The translations under genes and the position numbers were made by a program. From Candidatus Limnocylindria bacterium (GTDB lineage: Bacteria; Chloroflexota; Limnocylindria; P2-11E), in contig DATCOD010000194.1 in NCBI GenBank assembly GCA_036564905.1, forward strand, positions 7,240 through 71,239: 64,000 nt of DNA. Direction: 5' to 3'. Below, in pieces: positions 27,865 to 37,659 of this stretch (position 1 is its first letter; each line of letters begins with the position of its first letter). Under the pieces are notes generated by a model. That model saw only the letters and a list, made by a program, of their open reading frames with translations, was not told where the DNA came from and made no database searches.

Positions 27865-28724
27865 GCCTTCATTGTCCCACTCGCCACGCGGACCGCCCGG
27901 ACGATGGCCTGTTCGACAGCATCGGCGGCCGCGGCCTGGAGCTCCACCGTGCTCGCCTCCTGCGTACCGTAGGCGAGCGAAAAGATGCAGTCGCCGTCGA
28001 AGTCCGTGTGCGCCGGCCGGATCGCGCGCGCCAGGCCGTCATGCGCCGTCAGCGCGACCCGGCGGACAGCTTCGCGGCCGAGCTTCGCGTCGGTGAGAAC
28101 GGCGCCGATCGTCGTGTTCCCCGTCTGGGGCGGCAGCGCGGCCGGTCCGGAGCGCGCGACCCACGCGTTCCGCGCACCGTCCCAGATGTCCCCGAGCGCG
28201 TTGACGACCATGACCGCGGTCACCGTCGCCGCGCCGGCCCGTGCCGACGCGATCCCCAGGCCGCCCGGGGCCGAGCCGCCCTTCAGCTTCGCGACCGTCG
28301 CGCCGGTGCCGGCGCCGACCTGTCCCTCCGCCGGGTCGACCGTCGCCATCCCGCACGCGGCATAGCCGGCGTCCGGATCGGGGCGGACCCGGCCGTCGCC
28401 CGTCGCCAGGTCGAAGATGACGGCGCCCGAGACGTGCGGGACCCGCCACTCGCGGACCGCGACGCCCACGCCGCGTTCCTCGAGGAACCGCATCACGCCG
28501 GCGTACGCGGCGAGCCCGAACGCGCTGCCGCCGGTGAGGAGCACGGCGTGGAGGATCCCCGTCGCCGAGGCCGGCCCGATGATGTCGGTCTGGATCGTGG
28601 CCGGTGCGCCGCCGCCCATGTGCACGCCGGCCGTCGCCGCGCCCTCGCAGAGGATGACCGTGCAACCGGTCTTCGCGACCGGGTCGGTCCAGTGGCCGAT
28701 CGTGAAGCCGGCGGGCAACGTCAT
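27861..28724 (-). CDS. Peptidase S58 / DmpA-family L-aminopeptidase (Ntn-hydrolase, ArgJ-like fold)
   Basis: 'TIGHWTDPVAKTGCTVIL...GGGAPATIQTD' and 'GNTTIGAV' (the Ser/Thr nucleophile region of DmpA). Its TGA overlaps the thiolase ATG (ATGA). The N-terminal 2/3 of the 809-aa ORF is an antisense artefact. Confidence 0.7.
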
Positions 28725-28754
28725 CTGCGCGGCGAGTCTGCCACCATCTGCCTC

Positions 28755-30422
28755 ATGGCGACGCGCAGCGTTCCCGACATCCGCAAGAGCGAGGCGGTCT
28801 CGACCGGCGGCATGATCACCGCGGAGCATCCGCTCGCGGCCGAGGCCGGGGCGCGGATCCTGCGCGAGGGCGGAAATGCGGTCGATGCCGCGGTCGCGGC
28901 GGCGTTCGCCATGGGCGTGGTCGAGCCGACGACGAGCGGTCTGGGCGGGGTCGCCTGGTGCGTCATCCGGCAGCCGGACGGCACGGTCACGACGATCGAC
29001 GGCTCGGGCGCGGCGCCACTTCGCGCGACCCCCGACCTGTACGAGCTGCAGTCGACCGGCGCGGCGGGGATGTACGGCTGGCCGATGACGAAGGGCAACG
29101 CCCAGAACTACGGCTACCAGGCGATCGGGCAGATGGGGGCGGTCGGCTGCCTGTGCCACGCGCTCGAGCGGTACGGATCGCTGGATCGCGAGACCGTCAT
29201 GAAGGACGCGATCTCGCTCGCCGCCGATGGGTGGGAGACCGACTGGAACCTCACGCTGGCGCTCGGCCTGTACTACGACCGGCTCGCCCCGATCGACGCG
29301 TCGCGCGCGGTCTTCTTCCGGGAGGGTCGCTACCCGCTCCGCGCGCCGACCGGGCTCGAGGCCGGCGATCGCTGCGTTCAGCGCGACCTCGCCCAGAGCC
29401 TCCGCGCCATCGCCGCCGGCGGCGCGCAGGTCTTCTATCACGGCGAGCTCGGCCGGCGCATCGTCGAGGACGTGCAGGCGCGCGGCGGGATCCTGTCGAT
29501 CGAGGACTTCACCTCGTTCGAGGTCCGCGAGCGTCCGCCGCTCGCGATCGACTACCGCGGGCTGCAGCTGCGCACGCTCCCCGGTGCGTCCGGGGCCATC
29601 ACGACCGTCGAGATGTTGCGGATCGTCGAAGGGTTCGAGCTCGGGCGGATGGACCCGCAGTCGCCGATGGCCTTGCACCTGTTGGCCGAAGCCCAGCGGC
29701 GCGCATTCGCGGACCGCTTCACATACCTCGCGGACGAGGCCATCGCCGGCTCCGCGATCTACGAGCGGCTTGCATCCGTCGAGCACGCCGCCGCCGCGCG
29801 ATCGACGATCGACCCCGGCCGGGCGACCCCGGAGGTCGCCGCGACGCCGGTCCCGCCGTCCTCGGACTGCACGACGCACGTGAACGTGATCGACCGCGAC
29901 GGACGCATGGTCGCGCTCACGACGACGCTCGGCGGCGCGTTCGGATCGGGCGTGATCGCCGCGGGCACCGGGATCATGCTCGCGAACGTCATGACCTGGT
30001 TCGATCCGCGGCCCGGACGGCCGAACTCGATCGCCGGCGGCAAGCGGATCCTGTCGGCGATCGCGCCGATGTTGGTGCTCCGCGGCGGCGCGCCGTTCGC
30101 CGCGATCGGGGCGCCGGGCGGCCGCCGGATCATGAGCGCGATGCTCCACGTCGTGACGAACCTCGTGGATTGGGTGCAGCCGCCGCAGCAGGCGGTGAAC
30201 GCGCCCCGCTCCCACTGCGAAGGAGAGCCGCTGCTCATCGACACGCGGATCGCGCAGGCCACCCGCGACGCGCTCGCGGCCATGGGGCACGCGGTGAGCC
30301 CCAAGGTCGAGACGTTCGCGTCATCGCATTTCGCGCGGCCGAGCGCGATCGTCGTGCAGGGCGCGGAAAAGCGCGCCGGCGTCGGCGCGCTCAAGAGCTC
30401 GACGGCGATCGGGGTCGACTAG
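28755..30422 (+). CDS. ggt: Gamma-glutamyltranspeptidase
   Basis: 'TAEHPLAAEAGARILREGGNAVDAAVAA', 'TTHVNVIDRDGRMVALTTTLGGAFGSG' (autocleavage Thr region), 'PGGRRIMSAM' are GGT signatures. Confidence 0.85.
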   Translation: MATRSVPDIRKSEAVSTGGMITAEHPLAAEAGARILREGGNAVDAAVAAAFAMGVVEPTTSGLGGVAWCVIRQPDGTVTTIDGSGAAPLRATPDLYELQSTGAAGMYGWPMTKGNAQNYGYQAIGQMGAVGCLCHALERYGSLDRETVMKDAISLAADGWETDWNLTLALGLYYDRLAPIDASRAVFFREGRYPLRAPTGLEAGDRCVQRDLAQSLRAIAAGGAQVFYHGELGRRIVEDVQARGGILSIEDFTSFEVRERPPLAIDYRGLQLRTLPGASGAITTVEMLRIVEGFELGRMDPQSPMALHLLAEAQRRAFADRFTYLADEAIAGSAIYERLASVEHAAAARSTIDPGRATPEVAATPVPPSSDCTTHVNVIDRDGRMVALTTTLGGAFGSGVIAAGTGIMLANVMTWFDPRPGRPNSIAGGKRILSAIAPMLVLRGGAPFAAIGAPGGRRIMSAMLHVVTNLVDWVQPPQQAVNAPRSHCEGEPLLIDTRIAQATRDALAAMGHAVSPKVETFASSHFARPSAIVVQGAEKRAGVGALKSSTAIGVD

Positions 30423-31702
30423 GAGCCGAGCAGCGCGAGCGCCGCCAGGGCCATGACCTTCGTCGCGTTCGCGAGATCCTCGAGGTCGACGTACTCATCG
30501 GGACGGTGCGCGGTCTCGAGCCGCCCTGGCCCATAGGCCACGCAATCGGCGACGCCGCCGCGGCGCACGACGTGCTTCTGGTCGTACGTCCCGGGACTCG
30601 CGATGATCTTCGCCTCACGCCCGAGCACGTCGTGGATCGCGGTCCGCACCGCGCGGGCCACCGGCGCGTCGATCGGCGTCGCGGTCGGCTCGACGAGCAT
30701 GAGCTCGCGCACGGACCAGCGGATGTCGGGGTCGCTCGCCGCCTGAAGGGCGACGACCGCCTCGAATTCGCGACGCACATCGCCGCTGGACTCTTCGGCG
30801 ATGAACCGCCGGTCGAAGATCGCGACGGAGACGTCGGGCACCATCGGTGTTTGCTCCACGCCGATCGGCTGGCCGGCGTGGAGCGCGTTCAGGCTGATGG
30901 ATGCGTGCCGAGCGCCGGGCGGCTCCACGGGCATCGCGGTCACTCGGCCCGCGAGCTTCGGCTTGAGGTCGCGCTCGATACGCGTGACGAGCCCGGCCAT
31001 CGCGTCCGCCGCGTTCCGGCCGAGGTCGGGCATGCTGCCGTGCGCGGTCACGCCCCGCGCGGTCACCTCGGCCCAGTACACCCCGCGATGCCCGATGCAC
31101 ACGCGGTCGACATCGAGGGGCTCGGTGATGATGACGTGGTCGGTCCGGGCCGCGCTGATCAGCCCCTGATCGCAGAGCTCCGCGACGCCGGCGAAGCCAC
31201 CGCTCTCCTCGTCGACCGTCCCACTCTGCTCGACGCTGCCGCGCAGGGTGAGCCCCGCGCGGCGGATCGCCTCGATCGCGTAGATGGATGCCGCGATGCC
31301 GGCCTTCTGATCGCCGGTCCCTCGGCCCCAGAGCCGGCCATCCGCGATCTCGCCGCCGAACGGCGCGCGCGCCCAGGCCGCCGGATCGCCCGCCGGGACG
31401 ACGTCGAAGTGCCCGTTGAAGTGCAGCGTCGGCCGAGCGGCGCGGCCCTCGAGACGGCCGAACACGTTCACCCGCGGCGGGCCGTCGTGCGGCGTCCGCG
31501 GCCGGACGTACTGCACCGCGTAGCCCTGGCTGGTCAGTCGATCGCCGATGAGCCGCGCGCAGTCCGCATAGCGCTCGCCCGGCGGGTTCACCGTGGGGAT
31601 CCGGACCAGCTCCTGCAGGAACGCCGCGCACTCGTCGCGCAGCGCGTCCACGGCCGCGCGGACGCGGTCGGCATCGCTCACCACGGGAACGGCGTGCGCC
31701 AT
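30419..31702 (-). CDS. M20 family metallopeptidase (ArgE/DapE/carboxypeptidase G2-like)
   Basis: 'LHFNGHFDVVPAG' and 'GRGTGDQKAG' are M20 metal-binding motifs. Confidence 0.8.
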   Translation of the reverse strand: MAHAVPVVSDADRVRAAVDALRDECAAFLQELVRIPTVNPPGERYADCARLIGDRLTSQGYAVQYVRPRTPHDGPPRVNVFGRLEGRAARPTLHFNGHFDVVPAGDPAAWARAPFGGEIADGRLWGRGTGDQKAGIAASIYAIEAIRRAGLTLRGSVEQSGTVDEESGGFAGVAELCDQGLISAARTDHVIITEPLDVDRVCIGHRGVYWAEVTARGVTAHGSMPDLGRNAADAMAGLVTRIERDLKPKLAGRVTAMPVEPPGARHASISLNALHAGQPIGVEQTPMVPDVSVAIFDRRFIAEESSGDVRREFEAVVALQAASDPDIRWSVRELMLVEPTATPIDAPVARAVRTAIHDVLGREAKIIASPGTYDQKHVVRRGGVADCVAYGPGRLETAHRPDEYVDLEDLANATKVMALAALALLGS

Positions 31703-32544
31703 AGGGCGACCGTGAACGCGAGCGCGACCGCGAGGGCGATCCAGTCGAGCCGTCCGAGCGGCCCGAGGTCCACCTTGCTCCGGCCGGCGCCGCCGACGTA
31801 GCAGCGCGACTCCATCGCGAGGATGAGATCCTCGGCCCGGCGGAACGCGGACACGAACAGCGGTACGGTCACCGGCACGAGCTGCCGGGTGCGCTGCACG
31901 AACCGCAGCCGGCCCGGGCGTCCGAAATCCGCCCCGCGGGACGCCTGGGCCTTCATCAGCCGCTCGAGCTCTTCGGCCACCGTCGGCAGGAACCGGTACG
32001 CGATCGCCAGCATCATCGCGATCTCATGGCCAGGCACCTTGAACCGCCGGAACGGCGCGAGCAGGCTCTCGATGCCCTTCGAGAGCGCGGTGATCGGCGT
32101 GGTGAGGGTGAGCAGACTGGACAGCAGGATGAGGTCGAAGACCCGGAACACGCCCTGCACGGTCTGACGCATCGAGTTATCGGTGACCGTGAACGCGAAC
32201 TGCCAGGGCCCGAGCGAGACGGGTGTGCGGAACAGCACGGCCGATCCGGTCGGGTCGTAGTTCCCGAGGAACAGGAAGTTGAAGATCGTGTAGACGACGA
32301 TGATCGGCAGGATCGGCCGAATGCCGCTGAAGAGGTAGGTCAACGGCACATCGCCGAGCGCGATGAGCAAGAGCACGGCAACAAACGCAGCCGCGTTCCC
32401 CACGTACGACGATGCCGTGATCACGCCCGCGATGATCACGAGGAAGCCGATGATCTTGGCTCGGGGATCCAGCCGATGGATCACCGATGTGCCCGGGATG
32501 TACTGACCGATCGTTACGCTGCGGGAGAACTCGAACTCGTCCAC
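31678..32544 (-). CDS. ecfT: ECF transporter transmembrane component EcfT
   Basis: 'RLDPRAKIIGFLVII...' and the conserved 'ARG' motif region 'MKAQASRGADF'. GTG start. Follows the two ATPase genes. Confidence 0.75.
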   Translation of the reverse strand: MDEFEFSRSVTIGQYIPGTSVIHRLDPRAKIIGFLVIIAGVITASSYVGNAAAFVAVLLLIALGDVPLTYLFSGIRPILPIIVVYTIFNFLFLGNYDPTGSAVLFRTPVSLGPWQFAFTVTDNSMRQTVQGVFRVFDLILLSSLLTLTTPITALSKGIESLLAPFRRFKVPGHEIAMMLAIAYRFLPTVAEELERLMKAQASRGADFGRPGRLRFVQRTRQLVPVTVPLFVSAFRRAEDLILAMESRCYVGGAGRSKVDLGPLGRLDWIALAVALAFTVALWRTPFPW

Positions 32545-33383
32545 ATCGCCTCCACCGCGTCGTCGATGGTGAGCACGTCGCCCCGCAGCGCCACGCCGCG
32601 TTCGCGCAGGGCGCCGGCGAGCTCGGCCGCGGCCGGCACCCCGAGCCCGAGCTCGCGCAGCCGGCGCTCCTCGCGGAACACCTCCCGCACGCCGCCGGAC
32701 AACACGACCTTCCCGTCCGCCAGCACGTCGACCCGGGTGACCAGCTCCGCGACCTCGTCCATGTTGTGCGACACGAAGACGAGCGCGGTGCCACGCGTGT
32801 CGTGCAGGTCGCGTAGGCCGGCAAGGAGGTCGCGGCGGGCTCGCGGGTCGAGACCGGCCGTCGGCTCGTCGAGGACGAGGACCTCCGGCTCGAGTGCCAG
32901 GACGCCCGCGAGTGCCACCTTGCGCATCTCGCCGCCGGACAGGCCGAACGTGTAACGGTCCTTGAACGTCTCGAACGGCAGGCCGACCGCGGCCATCGCC
33001 CCCTGCACGCGGCGGCGCACCTCCGCGTGATCGCAGCCGAGCTTCCGCGGACCGAACGCGATGTCTTCGGCGACGGTCGGATCGAAGAGCTGCTGCTCGG
33101 GGAACTGGAAGACGAGACCGACCCTGCGCCGCAGCGGGCGCGGATCGACGTGCGGGTCGCCCAGGTCGCTGCCGAAGACCCGCACCGATCCGCGGTGCGG
33201 ACGGAGCAGACCGTTGAAGTGCTGCACGAGCGTGGACTTGCCGGATCCGGTGTGGCCCATGATCCCGACCACCTCGCCCGCGGCGAGCGTGAAGGACGCG
33301 CCCTGCAGGGCGAGGGACTCGAGGGGCGTCTTGCGCAGATACCAGTGCCACAGATCACGGACCTCGATGATCGGCTCGATCAT
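32514..33383 (-). CDS. ecfA2: ECF transporter ATPase EcfA2
   Basis: Walker A 'GHTGSGKST', signature 'LSGGEMRKVALAG', Walker B 'LVLDEPTAGLD', and the C-terminal EcfA helix. ATGA coupling with ecfA1. Confidence 0.85.
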   Translation of the reverse strand: MIEPIIEVRDLWHWYLRKTPLESLALQGASFTLAAGEVVGIMGHTGSGKSTLVQHFNGLLRPHRGSVRVFGSDLGDPHVDPRPLRRRVGLVFQFPEQQLFDPTVAEDIAFGPRKLGCDHAEVRRRVQGAMAAVGLPFETFKDRYTFGLSGGEMRKVALAGVLALEPEVLVLDEPTAGLDPRARRDLLAGLRDLHDTRGTALVFVSHNMDEVAELVTRVDVLADGKVVLSGGVREVFREERRLRELGLGVPAAAELAGALRERGVALRGDVLTIDDAVEAMWTSSSSPAA

Positions 33384-34228
33384 CGTGCCAGGCCGACGTA
33401 CGCGTCCGCGAGCTCGGACACCGTGAGGGGCACGATGCCGACGTCCAGGCCGCGGGCGCGCAGGCGGGCGGCGATCTCCGTGACCTGCGGCACGTCGAGC
33501 TCGAGCTCCCGAAGGCGCTCCGGCTGCGCGAAGAGCTGCCGTGGCGCGGCCTCGAGCGCGACGCGCCCTTCGGCGAGCACGATCACGCGGTCGGCCAGGG
33601 TGACCTCGCTCATGAAGTGCGTGATGGCCACGATCGTGACCCCGTCGCGGTGCAGCGCCTGGGCCGCCTGCAGGACCTCGGCGCGGCCGGACGGGTCCAG
33701 CATCGCGGTCGATTCGTCGAGCACGAGTACCGCGGGTCGCATCGCCAGCACGCCGGCGATGGCCACCCGCTGCTTCTGCCCGCCGGAGAGCTGATGCGGC
33801 GCGCGCTGACGAAGGTCCTCGATCTCGAGCCGGCGCATCGCGTCCGCGACCCGCTCCGCGATCTCCGCGCGCGGCAGGCCGAGATTCTCCGGGCCAAAGG
33901 CCACATCCTCCTCGACCACTGTCGCGACGAGTTGGTTGTCCGGGTCCTGGAAGACCATGCCGACGATCTGCCGGATCCGTGCGCGCTGCTCCTCGTCGCG
34001 AGTCGAGAGACCGCCGACCGTCACCTCCCCGCGGCCGGGGACGACGAGTCCGTTGAACAGCTTGGCGAGCGTGCTCTTGCCCGAGCCGTTGTGGCCGATG
34101 ACCGTCAGCCACTCGCCGCGCCGGACCTCGAGCGACACGTCGTCGAGCGCCCGCACTCGCCCTCCGGGCACCCGATACGCGACGGAAACGGAGTCGACGC
34201 GAATGAGCGGCTCGCCCGCTCCGGTCAC
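33380..34228 (-). CDS. ecfA1: ECF transporter ATPase EcfA1
   Basis: Walker A 'GHNGSGKST', 'LSGGQKQRVAIAG', 'LVLDESTAMLD'. GTG start overlaps the upstream SDR stop (GTGA). Confidence 0.85.
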   Translation of the reverse strand: MTGAGEPLIRVDSVSVAYRVPGGRVRALDDVSLEVRRGEWLTVIGHNGSGKSTLAKLFNGLVVPGRGEVTVGGLSTRDEEQRARIRQIVGMVFQDPDNQLVATVVEEDVAFGPENLGLPRAEIAERVADAMRRLEIEDLRQRAPHQLSGGQKQRVAIAGVLAMRPAVLVLDESTAMLDPSGRAEVLQAAQALHRDGVTIVAITHFMSEVTLADRVIVLAEGRVALEAAPRQLFAQPERLRELELDVPQVTEIAARLRARGLDVGIVPLTVSELADAYVGLAR

Positions 34229-35010
34229 AGCGGCGGCTGGAACCGACCGTCGGCGGCGGTCCACCCTCCGTCGACGAACATGCACGCCCCAGTGACGTAC
34301 GAGCTCGCGTCCGAGGCGAGGTACACGACCATCCCGGCGAGCTCCTCGGGCTTGGCCCAACGGCCGAGCACGTTCTTCCGGGCGTATGCGTCGTACCAGG
34401 CGGCGTTCTGCTTGATCGGTGCGGTCAGCGGCGTCTCGACGACGCCCGGGGCGATCGCGTTCGCCCGCACGCCCCGCGGGCCGAGCTCGGCCGCGAGCGC
34501 GCGGAGCATTTGGACGATCCCGGCCTTCGTCGCCGCGTAGACGCCCTGACCGGGCTCGACGGTCAGCGACCGGATGCTCGAGAAGGCGATGATGCTGCCC
34601 TTGCCGCGCTCGGCCATCGACTCGCCCGCGGCGCGGATCAGGCGGAACGTCCCTTTGAGGTTCACGTCGATCACGCGGTCAAATTCCTCGTCGCTGATCC
34701 GCAGCAGCGGCTTCCGGACATTGATGCCCGGAGTGGAGACGAGCACGTCGATCGCGCGGTCGCGGGCGAACGCGGCCGTCACGGTCTTCGTGTCGCGGAC
34801 ATCGATGTGGATCGCGTCCGCCCGTCGGCCGGCGGCGGCGATGGACAGGGCCGTCCGCTCCGCGGCCCCGAGGTCAAGGTCGGCACAGGTGACGTGGGCG
34901 CCGAACGCCGCGAGTGCCTCCGCGCTCGTCTTGCCGATCCCACTACCCGCACCCACGACGAGCGCGCGGCGATCGTCGAGCCGGAAGAGCGATGCGTAAT
35001 CGAACACCAT
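34225..35010 (-). CDS. SDR-family oxidoreductase, first gene of the ecfA1A2T operon
   Basis: 'ALVVGAGSGIGKTSA', 'SSIRSLTVEPGQGVYAATKAG' (YxxxK). Confidence 0.8.
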   Translation of the reverse strand: MVFDYASLFRLDDRRALVVGAGSGIGKTSAEALAAFGAHVTCADLDLGAAERTALSIAAAGRRADAIHIDVRDTKTVTAAFARDRAIDVLVSTPGINVRKPLLRISDEEFDRVIDVNLKGTFRLIRAAGESMAERGKGSIIAFSSIRSLTVEPGQGVYAATKAGIVQMLRALAAELGPRGVRANAIAPGVVETPLTAPIKQNAAWYDAYARKNVLGRWAKPEELAGMVVYLASDASSYVTGACMFVDGGWTAADGRFQPPL

Positions 35011-35089
35011 GGCGAGCCCCTTCTTGACCGGCGGCGCGGACACCCGGTGGAGACCGCGTGGCCTCCGCCGGGTGTCGACCACATTTTGA

Positions 35090-35695
35090 CTAGACGGTGG
35101 ACTTCCGCATGCGGCCCGCGCCGCGAACGGCCGATCCGACCGCGACGGTGATGATGATCGCCAGGATGGCCTCCCACCATGACTGCGTCGTGACCGCGCC
35201 CCAGGCCTGCTGAGGCGTGAGGTACGGCACGCCATTCGGGCCGTTCAGCGTGACCGCCAAGCCGAGCACCAGGGCGGTGTTGGTGACGGTCCCGAACAGT
35301 CCCGCGAGGCCGAGCGCCAGCGGTTCATTGATCGGTTTCGCGGCCCGGTAGACGAAGTACGCGACCACGCCGATCAGCAGCCGCGGACCGATCGCGACGA
35401 GCGGGTTCTGGAAGAGCGGGGTCGTCGCTTGTAGAAAGCTGAATACCCCGAAGATCCCTCCGACCGCCAGGCCCGCGATCGGGCCTTCCATCACACCCGC
35501 GATGATCGCCGGAACGTGCAGGATCGTCGCATTGATCCCCGTCGGCATCGGGATGAAGCCGATCCGGGTCACTGCGAGCGCTATCGCCACTGCCGCGAGA
35601 ACGCCTGACACCACAACCGTGCGGACGGTCCGGTTGCGTGGCATGAAGCCGATCTCGTCGTCGATGGCTGTCGAGCGAGTCGTGGTGGTCGCCAT
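35090..35695 (-). CDS. ECF transporter substrate-specific (S) component; candidate pantothenate-type because it is divergent from panE
   Basis: About 200 aa, six hydrophobic helices, located upstream of SDR-ecfA1A2T. Confidence 0.5.
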   Translation of the reverse strand: MATTTTRSTAIDDEIGFMPRNRTVRTVVVSGVLAAVAIALAVTRIGFIPMPTGINATILHVPAIIAGVMEGPIAGLAVGGIFGVFSFLQATTPLFQNPLVAIGPRLLIGVVAYFVYRAAKPINEPLALGLAGLFGTVTNTALVLGLAVTLNGPNGVPYLTPQQAWGAVTTQSWWEAILAIIITVAVGSAVRGAGRMRKSTV

Positions 35696-35782
35696 GTTCC
35701 CCTCCAAGCCCTCGGTCGCTTCGCTGTTGCGGGACTCTACTCCAGCCCCCGCCTGCGTCCGGGGCCCTATCGTCGCTCCCGA

Positions 35783-36595
35783 ATGTGGGTCGCCGTGCTG
35801 GGCCAGGGTGCGATCGGGACCCTCGTGAGCCGGACGCTGGACGGGCGCGTCGGGCTCGTACGGATCGATCGCACGAAGGCGCCACTCGAAGGCGCCGGGG
35901 ACCCGGTCGATATCGCGATCGTGGCGACGAAGTCGCAGGGGACCGCGTGGGCGGCTGAGACCGCACGCCGGGTCCTCGCGACCGACGGCACGGTGCTCAC
36001 GATCCAGAATGGGCTCGGGCACCGCGAGCGCCTGGCCGCGACGGTCGGGGACGACCGCGTCGCGGTCGGCGTCATCTACGTGGGCGCCGTGCTCGACGGT
36101 GAGGAGCTCCACACGACGGGTCCGGGACGCGTCGTCCTCGGGCGCGCGCGGCACGTCGACGAGCTTGCCGCGGCGCTCCAGGCAGGCGGCATGACCGCGT
36201 CCGTCGTCGACGACCCCTGGCCCGCGGTGTGGCGCAAGCTCGTCGGCAACGCCGCGGTGAATCCGGTGAGCGCGCTCGTCGGCATCACGAACGGCGAGCT
36301 GCTCGGGCACCTCGCGGCACGCATCGTCGACCGAGCCGCGAAGGAGGCCGCACGTGTTGCCTGCGCCGAGGGGGTCGCGATCACTGACGATGAGGCGATC
36401 CGGCTGTGGCGCGCGATGGCCGAGCTCACCGCGGCGAACCGCTCGTCGATGTTGCAGGACGTGCGCAGCGGCCGGCCCACGGAGATCGATTGGATCAACG
36501 GCGAGGTCGTGCGACGAGGTCGCCGGCATGCCATCCCGACGCCGGTGAACGACGCGCTGCTACAGCTCGTCGAGGTGGTGGAGGACTACCCCTAG
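35783..36595 (+). CDS. panE: 2-dehydropantoate 2-reductase (PanE/ApbA)
   Basis: 'VAVLGQGAIGTLV' Rossmann fold; 'NGLGH'; 'SSMLQDVRSGRPTEIDWINGEVVRRG' is the ApbA C-terminal signature. Confidence 0.8.
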   Translation: MWVAVLGQGAIGTLVSRTLDGRVGLVRIDRTKAPLEGAGDPVDIAIVATKSQGTAWAAETARRVLATDGTVLTIQNGLGHRERLAATVGDDRVAVGVIYVGAVLDGEELHTTGPGRVVLGRARHVDELAAALQAGGMTASVVDDPWPAVWRKLVGNAAVNPVSALVGITNGELLGHLAARIVDRAAKEAARVACAEGVAITDDEAIRLWRAMAELTAANRSSMLQDVRSGRPTEIDWINGEVVRRGRRHAIPTPVNDALLQLVEVVEDYP

Positions 36596-37659
36596 GGGTT
36601 CGTCACCAGGTCGGCGATCACCTTCGCGTCCTCGAACGTTCGACCGGCTCGCGCGTCCACCCCGTCGATCCGGCCGGTGCGGAACGCGGCGAACAGCGCC
36701 CGCTCGATCGCGTCATGCGCCGGGGTGATCCCGACGTGGTCCAGGAGCAGGGCGAGCGCGCCAACGGCACCGACCGGGCTCGCCGCTTTCTGGCCGGTGT
36801 ACTTCGGCGCCGAGCCGTGGATCGGCTCGAACATCGAGACCCGACCGGGGTGGATGTTCCCGGATGCGGCGATGCCGAGGCCGCCGCAGATCGCCGCCCC
36901 GAGGTCGGTGATGATGTCGCCGAACAGATTCGTCGTCACGATCACGCTGAACTGCTCGGGCTTCTGCACCAGCCACATGCACGCCGCGTCGACGTACATC
37001 GCGTCGTGCTCGACGTCGGGATACTCCGCGGCGACCTCCTCGAGCACATCTCGCCACAGCTGCTGGATCGGGACGGCGTTCGACTTGTCGACCAACGTGA
37101 CCTTCTTGCGGTCCACCGTGCGGGCCCGCTCGAAGGCGTATCGAGTGATGCGTTCGACCCCGCGGCGGGTGAAGACCATGTCCACCGACACACGCTCGTC
37201 GGGGGTGCCCTGATCGGTGCGCGTGCCCTGACGGCCATACACGTCCTCGGTGTTCTCGCGCATGACGAGGATGCGGATGTCATCCTCGGTCTTGTCCTTC
37301 AACGGAGAGAGCCGCGCGTCGTAGAGGGTCAGCGGTCGCAGATTGACGTACAGGTCGAGGCCGCGCCGAAAGCCGAAGATGATGTCGGCCTCGAGCATCC
37401 CGCGCGGCACCCCGGGATGGCCGACCGCGCCAAGCAGCACCGCGTCCAGCTTCTTGATCGGCTCGAGCGCCGCCGCGTCGAAGCGCCGGCCGTCGCGGAG
37501 GTACTGCTCGCCGGACCAGTCGAAGACGGTCCGCTCCGTGCGGAAGCCGAAGCGGGCTTCGCACGCGTCGAGCACGACGAGCGCCGCGTCCACGACCTCC
37601 GGGCCGATACCGTCGCCGCCGAGGATGCCGACCTTCACCGTGCGCGTGGGGCTGCTCAT
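36592..37659 (-). CDS. leuB: 3-isopropylmalate dehydrogenase family (LeuB-like; tartrate or isocitrate dehydrogenase relatives cannot be excluded)
   Basis: 'KVGILGGDGIGPEV', 'NLRPL', 'ENTEDVYG', 'NLFGDIITDLGAAICGGLGIAASGNI' are beta-decarboxylating dehydrogenase signatures. Last gene of the his transcription unit. Confidence 0.75.
   Translation of the reverse strand: MSSPTRTVKVGILGGDGIGPEVVDAALVVLDACEARFGFRTERTVFDWSGEQYLRDGRRFDAAALEPIKKLDAVLLGAVGHPGVPRGMLEADIIFGFRRGLDLYVNLRPLTLYDARLSPLKDKTEDDIRILVMRENTEDVYGRQGTRTDQGTPDERVSVDMVFTRRGVERITRYAFERARTVDRKKVTLVDKSNAVPIQQLWRDVLEEVAAEYPDVEHDAMYVDAACMWLVQKPEQFSVIVTTNLFGDIITDLGAAICGGLGIAASGNIHPGRVSMFEPIHGSAPKYTGQKAASPVGAVGALALLLDHVGITPAHDAIERALFAAFRTGRIDGVDARAGRTFEDAKVIADLVTNP

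Noticed and set aside
28725-30290. N-terminal two-thirds of the 809-aa minus-strand ORF, and likewise the N-terminal parts of the 666-aa (42627-44627) and 993-aa (58491-61472) ORFs.
   Set aside because: Only the C-terminal portions have protein-family signatures (DmpA, HisG, LeuDC-like). The upstream parts are antisense read-through of neighbouring genes, ggt and the DRE-TIM gene in the first and third cases. Real starts were placed at the in-frame ATG/GTG adjoining the upstream gene's stop.
35696-35782. Possible riboswitch upstream of the ECF S-component gene.
   Set aside because: Only 87 nt separate the divergent S-component and panE starts. No TPP, FMN or cobalamin-type conserved core could be recognised by eye. 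This cannot be excluded without a covariance-model search.
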